A program made the position numbers and the translations under genes. 48,720 nt of DNA from a virus (lineage: Duplodnaviria; Caudoviricetes). The DNA lies in IMG/VR virus record IMGVR_UViG_3300032330_000853, positions 1 to 48,720 of that record; one strand, given 5' to 3'. Below are positions 46,158-48,720 of this stretch, piece by piece. Every line of letters starts with the position of its first letter. The first letter of the stretch is position 1. The notes beneath the pieces are model-generated. The model made no database searches. It was not told the origin of the DNA and saw only the letters and a program-made list of their open reading frames with translations.

Positions 46158-48720
46158 TATGCTCTTTGTCTCCTAATTCTTTGTGCGTCAACTTGTTTAA
46201 TCTGTGTCATAACGGCTCGTGCTATATCATTAGCATTTGAGTTATTTCCATTAATATTAAATCCTAGACTATAATTATACACTGCTGTGGAGTTATCGTT
46301 GACAGATGTTGAAAGATGATTAATTGGTGCTTTTGTAGATGCTCTTGATCCAAGCATTGATGGATATTTTGATTCATTAATAGTTTTAAGCATTGGTCCA
46401 AATGTTTTTGCTGCTGATCTATTAACTATAAACTCACCTGGGCTAAGCATTGCAGGGACTGTATCACTACCCACTGCCCCACCAGAAGCCATATATTTAA
46501 CTTCTCCGCCATACATTTTCTTAGTAGTTGATCCAACTGATTGATTAATGGTTGTAATAGTAATAACTTTGCTTGTTATTTTATTCCATGTATCAAAGAT
46601 TGCTTGTGCTGCTGATTTAGCATCATTAAGGTTTTTCTTTGTAAACTCAATCTGTGCATTTGCAGCCTCAACTTTAATTCTATTTGCTTCCCATCCATCT
46701 GCTGTTTGTCCAAGATATTTAATACTAGCAACAATTTTATCTGTTGTTTCGTTATAATTTCTAAGAATTTCAGAAGTGCTGTCAACAATCTTTTGGTTTG
46801 GAACTAATGATGCTTGCTTAATTCCATAAATCTGTTGTTCAATAGCATAGTTCTTATCTTGAATAATAACAATTTGATCCTGTATTGCTTTTTTCTGTTG
46901 TTCAAGTAAAAATGTTTGTTGACCAATTTGATATGTACGTGCTTCAATTTGATCTTTAGTCATTCCACCAGCAGTTAAACCAGAAAGGGCCTGTTGACGA
47001 GATGTCTCCATTGCTGTTTGCTGTTGCTGTATTCTTGATGCTGCTGCTTGTGCTCTTGCTTCTTGAATTGCAACTGCTGCTGCAGAAATGTCTCCAGTAG
47101 TTAAAGCATCAGCAATTGTAAGTCTTGACTTTTCTTGTGCTGCGACTTCCTGATTAAGTGAAGAAATTTTTTCAAGTGCGGTTATTTGTGCATCATACTG
47201 TTTATTAATTCCGTCTTCTTGATTACGAATAATATCAAGATTGTTGTTTAAAACTGCTGATTCATCTTGAAGTTTTTGAATTGGGCGATCATAATTAAGT
47301 TCAACTTTGCGATTTAATAAATCTATTTCATGACTATTTGCATCAATTAATTCTTGTTTTGCATCAATTTCTTTTTGTGCAGCATCTACTGCTTTTTGAG
47401 CATTATCAATTTTTGCTTGTAGTAAATCTGCTTCAGATTTTCTTTGGCGTCTAATTAATGCTTCTTGTGTATCAAAGAAATTTTTAATAATTGCATATGC
47501 TTTATTGTATTTTTCAATATTTGTAAGACCTGGAGTTCCAGTCCCACCCTGTGTTCCAGCAATAGATTTTGCAATATCTTCTGCCATCTTCATTCTATCT
47601 TTAATCTGTTTTGTTAATTGTGATCTAATTCTTCCCTTTGCAAGTTCGTTTCCTCCAGAGCCATTCTGAATTGCAAGAGTATCTAGCATTGAAGAAGTAA
47701 CTGCTATACCAAGAGTTGCTGCTTTAAGAATCATCATCTGATCTGATACATTTTTAATTCCTGATGCAGATTTAGCAAGTTCTGATGGCAAAGATTTCAT
47801 TAGTTCAGACATTAAGAATAACGCATTAGCCTTTGGCATTTTATTAATACTTGCAGATATGCCATCAAACGCTTGTCCAAATTGTTCTGCGTTAATGATT
47901 CCAGAACGAAGTTGTGTATCAAGCCCCATAAATGTATTTTGCAAAACATTAGATACTGTTGCTAATTTTTTCTTCAAATCTTCAGATGCTGTTCCTATTT
48001 CAAAAACTTGACCAGTTACCCTTGACATAACTTTTTTAGATTTAAATCCTTTAGCAAAAGCAGTTCCATAGTCATTAACCAATACATCAACAGATTTTTG
48101 AAGTCCAGCACGTCCCTCTTTGGTTTTAAGGTCAATACTTTTTATATCAAACTTTACATCTGTTTTCCCTGCTTCTTGTTGTAATGCATATATATAGTTT
48201 GTAATTGCATTTTTTGTTGCACCTTGTCCACTTAATCTTAATGCAAGTGATTTAAATACAATATCTGCTTGTTCACTTGTTGCCTTCTTTAATGCCGATA
48301 CCTGATTCTTAAAATCTTTATCGCTGCCCAATAATTTTTGTAATTCTGCAACTTGCTTACTTTTTTCTGGTGTCAAACCAGATACTGCTGGCTTTGCCAT
48401 TTCAAGATTACTTTTTAATGGTGTAAATCCTAATACTTCACCAAGTTTGTCAAGTTGTCCAGAGGATAGGTTTGCAGCCTTACCAAGACCTTCAATTGCT
48501 TGACGCTCTCTTTCTCTAAGAGCATTAGTTATTTTCATAATTCCATATGTTGCTGCCAAACCACCTGCAACTAATTTAAGTGGGCCAGGAAGTGTCATTA
48601 ATGCTTGTGCAACAAATGCAACACCAGTTGCTTGACCAGCAATATTTCCAGCCTGTCCAGGAAGCATTGATGCAGCCATACCTACACCCATAATTCCCAT
48701 ACTAGCCTTCATTGGATTAA
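46157..48720 (-). CDS. Tail tape measure protein (5'-truncated by window edge)
   Basis: Frame is open to the window end. Long Ala/Gln/Lys coiled coils, a hydrophobic Gly/Ala stretch, and GSDTVPAMLSPGEFIV motif. Confidence 0.85.
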   Translation of the reverse strand, partial: NPMKASMGIMGVGMAASMLPGQAGNIAGQATGVAFVAQALMTLPGPLKLVAGGLAATYGIMKITNALRERERQAIEGLGKAANLSSGQLDKLGEVLGFTPLKSNLEMAKPAVSGLTPEKSKQVAELQKLLGSDKDFKNQVSALKKATSEQADIVFKSLALRLSGQGATKNAITNYIYALQQEAGKTDVKFDIKSIDLKTKEGRAGLQKSVDVLVNDYGTAFAKGFKSKKVMSRVTGQVFEIGTASEDLKKKLATVSNVLQNTFMGLDTQLRSGIINAEQFGQAFDGISASINKMPKANALFLMSELMKSLPSELAKSASGIKNVSDQMMILKAATLGIAVTSSMLDTLAIQNGSGGNELAKGRIRSQLTKQIKDRMKMAEDIAKSIAGTQGGTGTPGLTNIEKYNKAYAIIKNFFDTQEALIRRQRKSEADLLQAKIDNAQKAVDAAQKEIDAKQELIDANSHEIDLLNRKVELNYDRPIQKLQDESAVLNNNLDIIRNQEDGINKQYDAQITALEKISSLNQEVAAQEKSRLTIADALTTGDISAAAVAIQEARAQAAASRIQQQQTAMETSRQQALSGLTAGGMTKDQIEARTYQIGQQTFLLEQQKKAIQDQIVIIQDKNYAIEQQIYGIKQASLVPNQKIVDSTSEILRNYNETTDKIVASIKYLGQTADGWEANRIKVEAANAQIEFTKKNLNDAKSAAQAIFDTWNKITSKVITITTINQSVGSTTKKMYGGEVKYMASGGAVGSDTVPAMLSPGEFIVNRSAAKTFGPMLKTINESKYPSMLGSRASTKAPINHLSTSVNDNSTAVYNYSLGFNINGNNSNANDIARAVMTQIKQVDAQRIRRQRA

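Noticed and set aside
1-48720. Stop-codon reassignment
   Set aside because: Core genes translate full length in the standard code with tight packing. TAA, TAG and TGA all serve as stops, and no suppressor tRNA was seen.

Overview
This window is about 49 kb of an AT-rich tailed dsDNA phage genome, almost entirely minus-strand coding beyond position 3.7 kb. The host is most likely an actinobacterium, given whiB, a DnaE-type polymerase, leaderless-type promoters and a CHAP endolysin. The gene set resembles large siphoviruses of Actinobacteria, including uncultured freshwater actinophages (inference, no database search run). Read in transcription order (right to left), it holds a partial tape measure gene and tail genes (48720-38352), replication and recombination genes (DnaB, DnaG, SSB, DnaE, RecA, Cas4-like, two resolvases; 38347-27526) and the terminase genes (25569-23271). 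Next come two large secreted or cell-anchored proteins and a lysis cassette (23223-17709). A long accessory region follows, with an HslV-like protease, radical SAM enzyme, tRNA-Gly, Hsp20, nuclease, sulfotransferase, thioredoxin, modular head-associated-like proteins, WhiB and an APS kinase-nucleotidyltransferase fusion. The left end is a glycan-building cluster (1-5991). The best candidates for novel biology are (i) a phage-encoded sulfation pathway (possible minimal PAPS synthase plus sulfotransferase plus glycosyltransferases), (ii) a modular polyprotein and a neighbour sharing a C-terminal W-x-G-S-x-F tag, (iii) an unannotated structured RNA after hsp20, and (iv) phage-encoded host-like surface proteins. 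All family assignments come from motif recognition by eye.
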